NCBI GenBank assembly: GCA_002269645.1
Contig: NIVC01000866.1
Coordinates: 324,441-388,440, forward strand
Direction of reading: 5' to 3'
DNA from: Macrostomum lignano
Taxonomy: Eukaryota
Length of the DNA stretch: 64,000 nucleotides
This document shows, piece by piece, positions 12,701 to 23,835 of the stretch. The notes under the pieces are model-generated. The model had not been told where the DNA came from and ran no database searches. It saw only the letters and a program-made list of their open reading frames with translations. The translations under genes and the position numbers were made by a program. Every line of letters begins with the position of its first letter. Within the stretch, counting starts at the first letter, position 1.

Positions 12701-15154
12701 GTCCCTGTCAAGGAGCTCCTTCACCACCACGGCGTTGCCCTGTTCGACTGCGTAGAATAGCGGAATGTTGTCCACCTGGAGTTGGTTCCGGGGTGCAGAA
12801 TTGATTCTCATGTGTCACTCCTTCTCACTCCATCCCTCCGTCACTCCACCCCCGTCACTCCATCCCCCGTCACTCCACCCCCGTCACTCCATCCCCCGTC
12901 ACTCCACCCCCGTCACTCCATCCCCCGTCACTCCACCCCCGTCACTCCATCCCCCGTCACTCCACCCCCGTCACTCCATCCCCCGTCACTCCACCCCCGT
13001 CACTCCATCCCCCGTCACTCCACCCCCGTCACTCCACCCCCCGTCACTCCATCCCCCGTCACTCCACCCCCGTCACTCCATCCCCCGTCACTCCCCGTCA
13101 CCCCTGTCCGCAAATTTACTTTGTCGGGCAGCAGGCGGCCATTCCGTGTGGCCTTGAGCAGCAGCTGCACGGCCGGCAGTGCAGCCTGGGTTCTCTGGCA
13201 GGCGTAGTGCAACGGCGTCTGATTCTTCACCTTCAATGTTTGTTGAGTGGACAAATGTTAAAAAAGGACCTGGCCTCTAAAGTCAGTTGATACGAGCGTA
13301 AGCTAATTAATTTCATAAATCATCGCTGACTCACCCCGCCAGGCTGGCTCGGATCGGCCTTTCGGCTGAGCAGCAATTTGATGACGTCATCCTTGGCGAA
13401 CTGGCTGGCAAAGTGCAGCGGAGTCCGACCGTCCTGGACGGGTCAACAGAGACCGCGGGGATTAAATGCGTAGACAACATTTTTCTGTCCAGTCATTATG
13501 TAAAAGGCTCCAGGCACATAAGAATTTCCCATTGAAATGCAGCTTTGTTAAGATGCAGAATAATGAGATTACCTGTATAGTACTTGGCCTCGTAAAGTGT
13601 GCCCTATTAAACGCGGAGGAATATTTACAACGCGTTGGCAGAGCTGCAACATGAAGAGAGAAAAAAGAGGCGGAGGGAGAAAGGCCGGTTGCCATGGGAG
13701 ATTCCCAACTGCCACTGCCAGTCTCAGAAGACGATGAAGAATAAATGGAAAACTGCTGGGTGCTTTATGGAGCTGGACTGGCTGTGGCACTTCTTTGCGG
13801 AGCCAACAGCAGGAAGTGATTCCGCAGCGCTGCCTCGGGGACTGTCTACTCACGGGACGGGCAACTAGGTGAATAATAGTTGCTAGGACTCATAGTTACA
13901 CGAAATTCCCCCACCCCTGGCTATGCGCCTTACGATCAAGGTTTTTTGCTCTCTTTCTCTCTGAGATTGTGTTCCCTCATCTCATTCTCCGGCTAGCTGA
14001 TAAGCATGTCGCCAGTCTGAGGTCCATGAGAAGAATGACGCGCGGAAACTCAGGAAACTCATCGATCAGCAGCAGATCTGAGCAGGCAGTGACATTCATT
14101 GAGGGCCGCGGGTCAATTGGCCTCCTCCGCCGCAAAGATACGGCCTCGCTAAGTTTCCATTCAAGCAATAGCAATTAGTAATATTTTATATTCCAACGGT
14201 AGACTCACAGAGCTCTTGTCTGAGACGCTGGCTCCGTTCTCCAACAGCCGATCGACAATCACCAGCTTGTTGTCCTTGCAGGCCATCATCAGTGGCGTCT
14301 CACCTGACACCTGGGTTGGAAAATTATGGCGATTCAATTAGTTAATGCTCGTATTTGCATAATTGGTAATAAAAAAGAGCCTGGTGTATCAAGTAGCCAC
14401 CACCATTTAGATTTCAGTTTCTATTAACAGAGCCCAGCTGAGGTTGGAGGGCGCCAATCTTCGCAGATGAGCAGAAAAAAATGAAGGTGCAATCCGTAGC
14501 CATTTTGAAAATTACCTCATCTGCCTCGGACACGTCGCCAGGCTGGAAATCGCCCTTCCTCAGCAGGCTCTCTATGTTCGCCCATTCGCCTCGCTTGGCA
14601 AAGAGCAGGATTCGACTGGCTCCCGAGCTGCTGCCACCGGATTTCGACACCACCTCGGCAGTGGCTGCGGAGGCGGCTGCTGCAGTGGGCTTGGCGACTT
14701 CAGCCTCGGACCGGTCCAACGTCGGCGTCGATTCGACATCGGGCACCGCGGTTGAAGACGTGGCGGCGACCGCCGGATTTCGCAGGCTGGTCAACGAGCC
14801 AGTCGTGGACTTCAAGGAACCCGTCTCCTCGATGCGGACTACGGGTATCGGCGGCGGCGGCGGCGGCGGTGGCGGCTGCGGCGGCGGCTCCTTGGGTGGT
14901 GGCTCCTCGACAACAATGGCAGCTGTCGGCTGCTCCGTCTTCGCTGCTGCTGGATGCTGTTGCAGAAGGTTCGTCTGACTTCCCGAGCTGGCGGTGTCGC
15001 TGGAGGCGGCCGACTGTTTGCTGGCCGAGTCCGCCGTCTTGGAGGCACCGGGCGCCGATGTTGACGCAGGTTCAGCAGCCGCTGGCGGTCTCTTAGAAGC
15101 GCTGGCCGCCCGACTGTCTTTAAGCTTCTGATACTTGAAGTCCTGCCGCTCCAT
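795..15154 (-). CDS. nompC: NOMPC/TRPN1 ankyrin-repeat mechanosensitive TRP channel, at least 1719 aa over at least 19 exons; 3' end not resolved
   Basis: GT-AG exons read in frame: 14516-15154, 14209-14310, 13335-13433, 13120-13230, 12572-12775, 12040-12141, 10428-11288, 9817-9930, 9635-9733, 9000-9200, 8682-8780, 8503-8601, 7586-8029, 7393-7500, 7114-7311, 5178-5384, 3617-4290, 2284-2996, 795-878. About 29 ankyrin repeats followed by NOMPC-typical motifs: EEFILVSPAPAETAAKLS, EQKEVIAHPAVQRYL, FHHLFGPWSIII, FELLFFALFG (pore), LLIAMMSDTY and TRP box EWKFG. Confidence 0.95.
948..2135. repeat. 29-bp minisatellite (CTGAGATGTCTAGGCTCATGGAGAAATCG), about 40 copies, in a nompC intron
   Basis: Tandem units read directly; variant units recur at an offset of about 405 bp. 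Confidence 0.95.
3165..3430. repeat. 20-bp degenerate minisatellite (ATATCCAATATGGTCTCTAG) in a nompC intron
   Basis: About 12 tandem imperfect units read directly. Confidence 0.85.
4315..5005. repeat. 21-27-bp minisatellite with core TGTGTCTGTGACA in a nompC intron
   Basis: Tandem units starting about 25 bp from the acceptor at 4291-4292; they create stop-free frames that fuse with the exon in the ORF track. Confidence 0.9.
5610..7055. repeat. 20/21-bp minisatellite (CCATTGAGCTTACCAACTAA), about 70 copies, in a nompC intron
   Basis: Tandem units read directly; the variant CATTAGGCTACGAGATAACCAATAAAC occurs at 6141 and 6561 (420-bp offset). Confidence 0.95.
10075..10332. repeat. Compound (AGGT)/(AGAC) tetranucleotide microsatellite in a nompC intron
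   Basis: Read directly. Confidence 0.9.
12405..12556. repeat. 9-bp tandem repeat (GAAGGGA[G/T]T) in a nompC intron
   Basis: About 16 units read directly, starting close to the donor at 12570-12571. Confidence 0.9.
12822..13105. repeat. 14/15-bp minisatellite (TCCA[T]CCCCCGTCAC), G-rich on the transcribed strand, in a nompC intron
   Basis: About 19 units filling most of intron 12776-13119. Confidence 0.9.
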
Positions 15155-15441
15155 CCTGCAAGAATTCGATGAGCTCGCTTCCCGAGGCTGGGAAGACTTC
15201 TATTGCTGCTCAGCTCACTTGTCCAGAGCCCACTGTGCAGAGGCGGTGCAGTAGTGCAATAGAAGCTGCGTGAAAATTGTGCAACCCTGATGCCGATCGG
15301 CCGGTCGCTTTAGAAACTCTGCCTCAATGAGTTATGAGTAGTGCGCACCTGCGTTGCCAATCAGGCCTGGAGCAGCAGCCAATAAAGCCTCGGTCAGAAA
15401 GGGAGGACGACAAAGGGGAGAGCGGAGCTGGCTGGAAGGGC

Positions 15442-15446
<5 letters not shown>

Positions 15447-15492
<46 letters not shown>
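15447..15492. repeat. (GA)23 microsatellite upstream of the nompC start codon
   Basis: Read directly. Confidence 0.95.
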
Positions 15493-15495
<3 letters not shown>

Positions 15496-17082
15496 ATCCG
15501 ATGGTGCTCAGGAAACTCTGTGGGGAGTTGAGTTTAGAAATGCTGGCAGCACACAAAAGGACTGAAGCTGGAGTGAGTTGGTGCATTCGGGAGACGGGGG
15601 TTGGATGCAGCTGGGGCTGAGTAGACGGCGAGGTCGTTGCTTATGGCTACGGACGGGGCACAAATTTGCACAATTCTCCCCCAATCCTCTCAATCAAGAA
15701 CCACAACCCCCCTCTCTCTCAGCCTGCGACAGATGCCCCTGCAGTAGGCGACTTTCTCCTCTTCGTATGCGGAGAGTCATGGCTGAAGAACTTTTTTTAT
15801 TGAATGAAATCTGATTGTCACTCCATTCACTCTGATCTACTTCTGAAGGGGTGGGAATTTGAGCGAGTGCGCGCTGGTTGTAGGTGCTCGTGTTTTTTTC
15901 AGCTCCTATAGTGAGTACGTCGCAACCGTTCTATAGTTATAATACTCCAGTGCAGTACAAAAGGTGTCACTTCTAACCTAAATAAATCCAAATTTTATCG
16001 TGTAAACAAAGACTATCAAAAACAGTAGATGCAATTTGTAATCAAGCATAGTATTGAATTGGTTCAAATGCAGCTGCTGAAAGTCCAGTACGCAATGGTC
16101 CAGTTCTGGCACAAAAGAAAGCAGTCAATATTCAGAGTCAAATTGACTATTTCTGTGATAAGTCATTTTAACAATGGCCAATGCAAGTCAGAGAAAATTA
16201 ATTGAAATGATGAAAATATTTTCTTTTGATTCTTTATATAGTTGAAAACTGCGTGCTTCCTAAATCCTGCCCGATCGTTGGTTTCCATAGCAGCAATTAA
16301 ATTTAACGGATAGACTTGCTTCGACTGACAAGCCTTGAACTTTCTTTAAAGAGCAACGGCACCTGCTAAAATGCTTGAAAATCCGACTAATCAAATATAC
16401 TACTTGCTGGTAATTGAAGAAAGGTGCAACTCATGACACTCGTAGATTGAACAGAAATGATGGTCCTCTTTTCCTAGAAGTTCTGTTATACTTGTAGAAA
16501 AGTGTAGGGACAGCTAATTACGTACTGACGTAACGCCAACTCTTAACTCTTAACACCAAAATCATCCACCCATAACTAATAAAAACCTACAGTATTAATA
16601 TAGATACAACTGTTTTAAGACTTGAACATAAAATCGATTAGTCAACTCATCTCTCAACTCAGCTCAGCTCAGCTCAACTCAAATCAACTCATACTAAATC
16701 ACGAGCGTAATCTCTGACTTCTGTAGTGATTCAAATATTAATTCTCTTGAAATAAAGTTCTTTGTGAATTTGGAAAAGAAATTAACAATTGATAATTAAA
16801 AGCCGTCCCCTCGTTTTCATTATTTTTCTGCCGGACAGGTTCAATTGAATTTTTAGCAGCAGTTACTGGCTTTAGGCCAATCTCAGAAGACCAAACAGGA
16901 GATGAAAAAAATTAATAACTTTTTTAAAAAGCTTGAATTAAAAAATTGCATCAAGCCCTATGAAACGTGATTACAACCCAATATTCGCAATTCGGATTTA
17001 ATTTAATCCTTTCATCAAAGCGATTTACAAACTCACAAAAAAACCAATCGACTTACGCTTGTAAAAGACGATTAAAGAAAGG

Positions 17083-17089
17083 TATAAAA
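17083..17089 (+). promoter_or_regulatory. Candidate TATA box of GPCR copy 1
   Basis: TATAAAA about 50 nt upstream of the ATG at 17140. TATA-like motifs also precede the other paralogs (ATAAATATA near 41590 and 47672; TATAAAA at 55358). Confidence 0.4.
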
Positions 17090-17139
17090 TACTGCGGACA
17101 TAAATTGCGTCTGCAATCGGAGCTGGAAGCCAGCAAGAC

Positions 17140-17691
17140 ATGGCCAACTCCACCGCCCCAGAAACGAGCTTCTACGCCAGTCTCCGCAGCGCCATCGTCG
17201 ACTGCCTGCCCGAAGCGCCCAACCGGCACATCTTCTGTCCGATCAGCACAGCCTACGGAGTTGTGACGGGCCTCCTGCTGCCTCTGGTGACGGTGTCCGG
17301 TCTGTTCGGTAACTGCGCCACCGTGTGGATCACGCTGGGTCGCGGAGCCGAGCGCACTCGACTCAACGTCTACCTGGGCGCCATGGCGATCGCCGACAGC
17401 GCCTACCTGCTGATATCTGGCTGTCTGGACCTGTTTCTCGGCCGGGGCCTGCCTTGGCTCAGCGGCGGTCGGTTTGGCTTCATTGTAACTAACTACTCAC
17501 CCACTCTGTGCACTGTATACCGATTCGCTGATAAGTGGCTCGGCCTACAGTCGATGTGCATCTTCCTGGCGATGGTGCTGGACCGAGCTCTGTGTCTGGC
17601 CATGCCGTTCCGCTTCCAGACGGTCTCGCATCGCACGGCCTGGCGAGTTTGCGGCGTCGCTGTAGCGGCTTCCTTTGCCTTGAGCTCCGTC
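17140..17691 (+). pseudogene. Truncated rhodopsin-class GPCR (paralog 1): TM1-TM4 only, 184 codons
   Basis: Colinear with the intact paralogs up to ALSSV (17691), then unrelated sequence and a stop at 17725-17727. TM5-TM7 were not found downstream. Confidence 0.8.
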
Positions 17692-19449
17692 AGTGATGAC
17701 AAAAAGACTAATTGCGTAACGATTTAATGTTGTCATTTGCTTTAGTTCTCCCTGGGACCGTTTCGGCATTGATATCAGATGTCATTTTTGCGGATAAAAA
17801 ACTGCAGATGGTCTGTATGAAGTTTTAAGTGACCAATGTCCAACTTAATGCAACGAATTTTATTGCTGTTGTTAGCTCGCCCATGCTGCGATTGCTTAAC
17901 AACCGTGTTATCATTGATTGCCTAGCTTCGTGTTTCGCAGCTTACTCCACTTAGATCCTTTGTGGATTTTGAATTTAAAATATTTTTTTGTAATACTCGT
18001 AGTATACAGACTCTTAAGAGTTCCAATGGTTGGAATAATAGAAATTATTTTTCAAGCACAACTCCTTTTAGATCCTTGCACGTCGTAAATCATGTTGCAA
18101 CTTAATTAATAAACTTAGTCCTTCAAACATTCAATACTTTATTATTATAGCAAGTCAAAGAATCTTGAATAATTAGTGAAAAGTATACTACGAGCGTATT
18201 TATAAGTTAGGAACCACAGTGAGTCATCATTTCAAAAAATGTAAGCACACTCGTAAACAGATATGGTCGACGTTCTTGATTTTACGGATAATTCTACTAT
18301 TCAGAAGACGATGCTAGCCGCCTGGAAAGGCGGTTTGAAAGTACTTTAATGAAAAATTCACTGCACGAGTATACTTGGCCACACCTGCTCCAGATATGAC
18401 CAACTTTCTCGGGCTGGGATTATATGCAGTGTCCAAGCTATAGAAAATAAGATGGAGACGGACCCTAAAACTATGATTCGTTCGCGCACGGAGTTAGACT
18501 TTAAGTTCCTCGGGATTGGCCTGGGCAAGACACGCCACTGGAGAAAAAGCAACCTCGAATTGGGCGTTCAGTCAACCTGGCCGACAGTTCCAAGTTCTTC
18601 AGGTAAAAAACCGACATAGAATGAATAAATTACAGCCGGAATGATGCGGGTTTTTCAATACCTACTCGTACATTTGCTATCGGTAACCGTAGACAGGCAC
18701 GAATATGCTTTGAACAGCGCCGTAGTTTGCAAGAGAGACGCTATTGATGCAACAACTTTCATACTCGTAGAATGGCTTAATTCCTAGTGAGGTTTACTCT
18801 TCACAATGGAGCTAGCAAGGATTTAATCTCCTTGAGATAAAAAACTAATTTAAAGGAAAATCTCAACCCTAATCAATTTCATGTGATTAAATCAGTCAGA
18901 ACTTTAATTACTGGATTAGCTGACTAGGAGCTGCTTTGAACAAAGATGATTTAATTCCTAATCCTAACCCAGGATGCATTGTAGCATTAGTTTCACTGTA
19001 TCTTTCAGAACACCATCGCCGTTAAATCCACTGTCTAATCCTTGTAGAGCAAAAGAGCTCGCGATGGACCGATGGACAGTATAGATGGAGACGGCAGACA
19101 CTTGGGACTTTTGGGAGCAAGCGGCGATGCTAGAATGGACTGCATAATAAACGGACATTGATCTGCGCAAGTGCGCATTTCAGAAGCATTAATATCTACG
19201 TCCGGCAAGTTCTGACACCTATTTCCAGAGCAAACAGTAGCAGCTGCAAGCACAGCTTTGGTGTCATTTTAAAGCGGCACATCTCTTCTTTCCTATGAAT
19301 TCAGTGGCGTGTATTTTGGTCATTTCATTCAAAATTTGTGTGAAAACCCATTTCAATGCTACTTATAGTGTTACAGTAAACGAAGAATATCAGTGGTATT
19401 GCGATGCTTTTTCACACAACTTTTGAATGAAATGACCATAAAAGGCGCA

Positions 19450-19592
19450 AGCTCTAACCCTAAACTCAAGGCACCATTACCCTAACCTAACCCTAAACCC
19501 TAACCCTAACCTAACCTAACCCTGAACCCTAACCCTAAAGCACAAACCCTAACCTAACCCTAAACCCTAAGGCACAAGCACTAACCCTAACC
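19450..19592. repeat. Degenerate (CCCTAA/CCTAA)n telomere-like repeat
   Basis: Read directly; a similar degenerate patch occurs at about 63590-63710. Confidence 0.7.
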
Positions 19593-20511
19593 CTTTTCGA
19601 GCATGTGATGATGGTTGCTAAATCATTTGACAATGTGATTTTTCGAGCTTGTGATGGTGGTTGCTAAATCATTTTTCGACGATGTGATTTTTCGAGCTTG
19701 TGATGGTGGTTGCTAAATCATTTGACAATGTGATTTTTCGAGCTTGTGATGGTGGTTGCTAAATCATTTTTCGACGATGTGATTTTTCGAGCTTGTGATG
19801 GTGGTTGCTAAATCATTTTTCGACGATGTGATTTTTCGAGCTTGTGATGGTGGTTGCTAAATCATTTTTCGACAATGTGATTCTTCGAGCTTGTGATGGT
19901 GGTTGCTAAATCATTTTTCGACGATGTGATTTTTCGAGCTTGTGATGGTGGTTGCTAAATCATTTGACAATGTGATTTTTCGAGCTTGTGATGGTGGTTG
20001 CTAAATCATTTGACGATGTGATTTTTCGAGCTTGTGATGGTGGTTGCTAAATAATTTGACAATGTGATTTTTCGAGCTTGTGATGGTGGTTGCTAATCAT
20101 TTTTCGACGATGTGATTTTTCGAGCTTGTGATGGTGGTTGCTAAATCATTTGACGATGTGATTTTCGAGCTTGTGATGGTGGTTGCTAAATCATTTGACG
20201 ATGTGATTTTTCGAGCTTGTGATGGTGGTTGCTAAATCATTTTTCGACGATGTGATTTTTCGAGCTTGTGATGGTGGTTGCTAAATCATTTGACAATGTG
20301 ATTTTTCGAGCTTGTGATGGTGGTTGCTAAATCATTTGACAATGTGATTTTTCGAGCTTGTGATGGTGGTTGCTAAATCATTTGACAATGTGATTTTTCG
20401 AGCTTGTGATGGTGGTTGCTAAAGTTTTCGACGACGTGATTTTTCGAGCTTGACTTTTCGAGCTTGTGACGGTGGATGCTTTTCGACGATGTGATTTTTC
20501 AAGCTTGTGAT
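19592..20511. repeat. 46/49-bp minisatellite (GATGTGATTTTTCGAGCTTGTGATGGTGGTTGCTAAATCATTT[TTC]GAC), about 19 copies
   Basis: Two length variants interleaved, read directly. Confidence 0.95.
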
Positions 20512-21259
20512 GCCCCCCCTTGCAGCTGCTACTTTTTTTTCTCTGGGATCAAAAGTTTCAGAACTTTCCGGACACCTCTTGGATATCTATAGTTACTCGG
20601 AAATAACACCAAGTGTTTGTGGCCTACATACAATTTGTACAAGGTGCTCTGTGACAGTAGGATGACACTGACCCTGTGCATGATCCACCTGGTGAAATGC
20701 TACTGTCAAAGTTTCATTGTTATTGACACATTTTAAAAGCTGCCACAAAGCGTGCTGATTGTCACAAAGTGGATTGTTTCTTTAGTTCCACAGAAGAGTA
20801 TGCGTCACAGCACCAGTCTCTCAAGCAGATTGACAACGATTAGTCCGGTAGGCCTTGGCTCAATGATAAAGACAACCCCTAAATATCCGAATATGATCCC
20901 CTCTTTGATAAGCTTTCAACGGTCTCTGTGGTAAAATCAGCTTACTAATGCCTATGCTTCTATGTATGATATCTAATAAGAACCTGCTGAACAGCACGAA
21001 AGTCGGCATAAATGATCTCGCACGAAAAGCAGCTTAAGAATATCTACCATTGCAAAGAAATAATATTATACGCATTTGTAACATAGATATTTTTTCATCC
21101 AACAAATAGCACAGCACTAATCATCTCGGCGGAACCAGTTGTATTTCAGAGCTAATTCCACTAGGCCAACAGAGCGCTCGCCACATACGGTTTGTTATCT
21201 GTGGACTTTGTAACAGCCCACAACCAATCAACCAAGTGTCCCATCTAAGTTGAAACAAA

Positions 21260-22102
21260 TCAGACCATGCGCCGCAGCATGCGGTTGATGTAGAACTCCC
21301 GGTTGCCGAAGTCGCCACCCTCGACAAAGTGGTTCGCCTTCTTGCGGAAACCGCCGCGCGGCGTCTTGAGCTTGAAGGCCCACAGGAAGTTGGTGACGGC
21401 CTTGAATCGGGGGCCGCAGGTGTAAATCTGGTGGATCATGTCTTCGATACACGTCACACCCTTGCGGCCGAGCGCCTTCTCGACGATCTTGTTGTCAGTC
21501 AGGGGAACTCGCTGGCCGTTAACCCGACCGAAGCCGCGCTTGTACAGCAGCGAGCGGACGGACTTGAGGTCTGGGTAGCCCCACATGATGTAGGGCTCGA
21601 TGATGCGCAGCATGTTGATCTGGCATGGCAAATTGAATTTTTCTTCGATAATACTTACACAGCTACTTACAGTAGGACAGACTGCACTTTAAGAATCTAA
21701 ACGATAACTTACGGTGGCTTTGTTGAGCTTCACAAACACGCCGTTGTTGATCTGGCGCATCCGGAATAACTGCAGAATCTTTCGCGGCTTCGGGTGCAGA
21801 CCGTTGATGCCGCGGATGCGAACAACGAAGGCCACCTTGGCCTCGGCTGGCACATAGAAATTGCCGTGCTTCTTGGCCTGTCTGGCCTTCTGCAGCTCCG
21901 ACTTGGCCATGCTCTCGTACTGCAGCTGGTATTTCTCGGCCTTCTTAAACACCGCCATGCGCTTCTGGCGCTCCTTACGACGGCGCAGGACGCTCAGTCT
22001 GAGCCGCTTGGCCCGGACCTCGATCGCGGCCTTCTTACCCTTCAGTACGGTCTCGGGCACCGCCGGCACTCGCTTCTTGGCCTTAGTGGCGGCTACAGGC
22101 AT
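21260..22102 (-). CDS. RPL7: 60S ribosomal protein L7 (uL30), 249 aa; exons 21713-22102 and 21260-21619
   Basis: [58 protein letters not shown]|[10 protein letters not shown] and C-terminal GGDFGNRE are diagnostic; 93-bp phase-0 GT-AG intron. Confidence 0.97.
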
Positions 22103-22748
22103 TTTAGCTGTAAAAAAGCAATGCCAGAAGATGATTAAAATAGACTGCGACAGACGACAAGGCCTAGGCATCTTGTGGTGAAATGGTGCAACAAAAGTTT
22201 AATGTTCATAATTTTATTTCCTAATTAATACTGCTCTTGAACTATTTGCAGGCAAAGATTTTCATACAGTTTCTCTAACAATACAGCCTTATTGTAGCAT
22301 TAGTACTTTAATGCTTACTATTTGCAATTCTAAAGCCATTTCAATTCTCCCTGTAGTCTATCCATATCCAAAGCTACTTAACCCCAACCACCCTACAATG
22401 TTCATGTGGCATGGAAAATCTGTTGCATTGTTCTAAACCCCCTTCAAACTATCAAATTATGAGCTCTAATGACTCTTAAAGTTTTCCAAGTCTTAGAGAT
22501 TGAGTGGACAATACTACTAGATACAGGAACTAGATATAATAAAATATGCATTCCAAAAACAATATATATATGTTTTCTAAAAACCAATGTCTATAACTTC
22601 CTATAGCCATACCTACAGCTATGGAAGAATTCTAGAAAATAAAGAACTTGGTGATTTTTTAGATTTTAAATGAAAAAAATTAATTTGAGTATACTGTATG
22701 CTTGTATTGATTTGGCAGCAACAACAAGGAAAAGAGCTATAACATACA

Positions 22749-22905
22749 TGGGTAACCTTGGAAATCACCCAGCCATTTTTATTGGCAGCACACACATGTA
22801 AGTCACTATTGGTTGAGAGTAGTCATATGACTACTATTTTGTCTAATAGTGACTTACGTGTGTGTTGCCAATAGATCAGCTGGGTGAATCCCTAGGTTGC
22901 ACCCA
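22749..22905. repeat. About 160-bp foldback palindrome (MITE-like) upstream of RPL7
   Basis: ATTGGCAGCACACACATGTAAGTCACTATT pairs with AATAGTGACTTACGTGTGTGTTGCCAAT; outer arms also pair imperfectly; central palindrome GTAGTCATATGACTAC. Confidence 0.7.
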
Positions 22906-23835
22906 AGCATAAGCCAAAACAAAAAAGGCCAAAAAAGAAAAAATGGCAATCAGACTTTCAATTCTTTTTAAAACCTAAGGACAGGTCTAACAATGGTGAC
23001 AAAGCTACCAACTAAAATGATGGACCTACTCAATGATGGCAAAGACCCAAACCAATGGATCTAGCATTTTTAGATTAGCACTAAATTAAATGGCTAGTCA
23101 ACCAACAAGAAGTATGATTCTTGACACTATTTGGCAAGCAGATCTTCAATCTATTTTTGACAAAGCAAAAACCAAATCCTTCAATGCTCTGGCAGAGCTA
23201 TTAAAGAATAAAATTAAGGGCAAAAAGTCTATACTTGCTAATAGATTTGAGTTCCAAAAAGCAAAACAAAAAAGCAAAAAGCAAAAGAGAGCAATATTTT
23301 GGCTTAAAGTTGTGGGCTGAAACAATTATCAGAGGCTACAAATATGTTCACAACTTGGAAAGACTTTGTGACTAGTTTATATTTGGTTTCCACAACAAGG
23401 AAGCAGTGGCGGATCCAGGATTTCTTAAGTGGGGTGGTGGATATGCGAGTACAGAAACTAGAAACTAAGTAATCCCAATCCATCTATCTTTCATCTATGC
23501 TCAATACAAGATCTTGAGAGGATATATCAATTTTTGCATACATTTTAATGCCTAGAGTGGTGCAAATGACTCTGACACATGAGGGTAGTAGTAGAAGTTG
23601 GCTCGGGTCTCGGGAAGAACTAACCTGTTTTGGCCAATATTGACAATTATATTTAGTGAGTTATCAAGGCTTCATTTAAAAGAAAGTCAATGACAATGTG
23701 AGAAGACCAACACTATAATATTTTAATTTGAAATTTGAATAGAATGTACGTGTTGCAGTGAGACGCGAATAAGCAATCGTTAGTAGCAAATAGAGCGTAG
23801 AAGAATGGAAATTGGAATTAATGAATTGGAATCAC

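Noticed and set aside
19450-19592. Telomere or chromosome-fusion relic
   Set aside because: The repeat is short, degenerate and embedded in a repeat composite; a similar patch at about 63590-63710 suggests a dispersed element motif.
21620-21712. snoRNA in the RPL7 intron
   Set aside because: No C/D or H/ACA boxes seen in the 93-nt intron.
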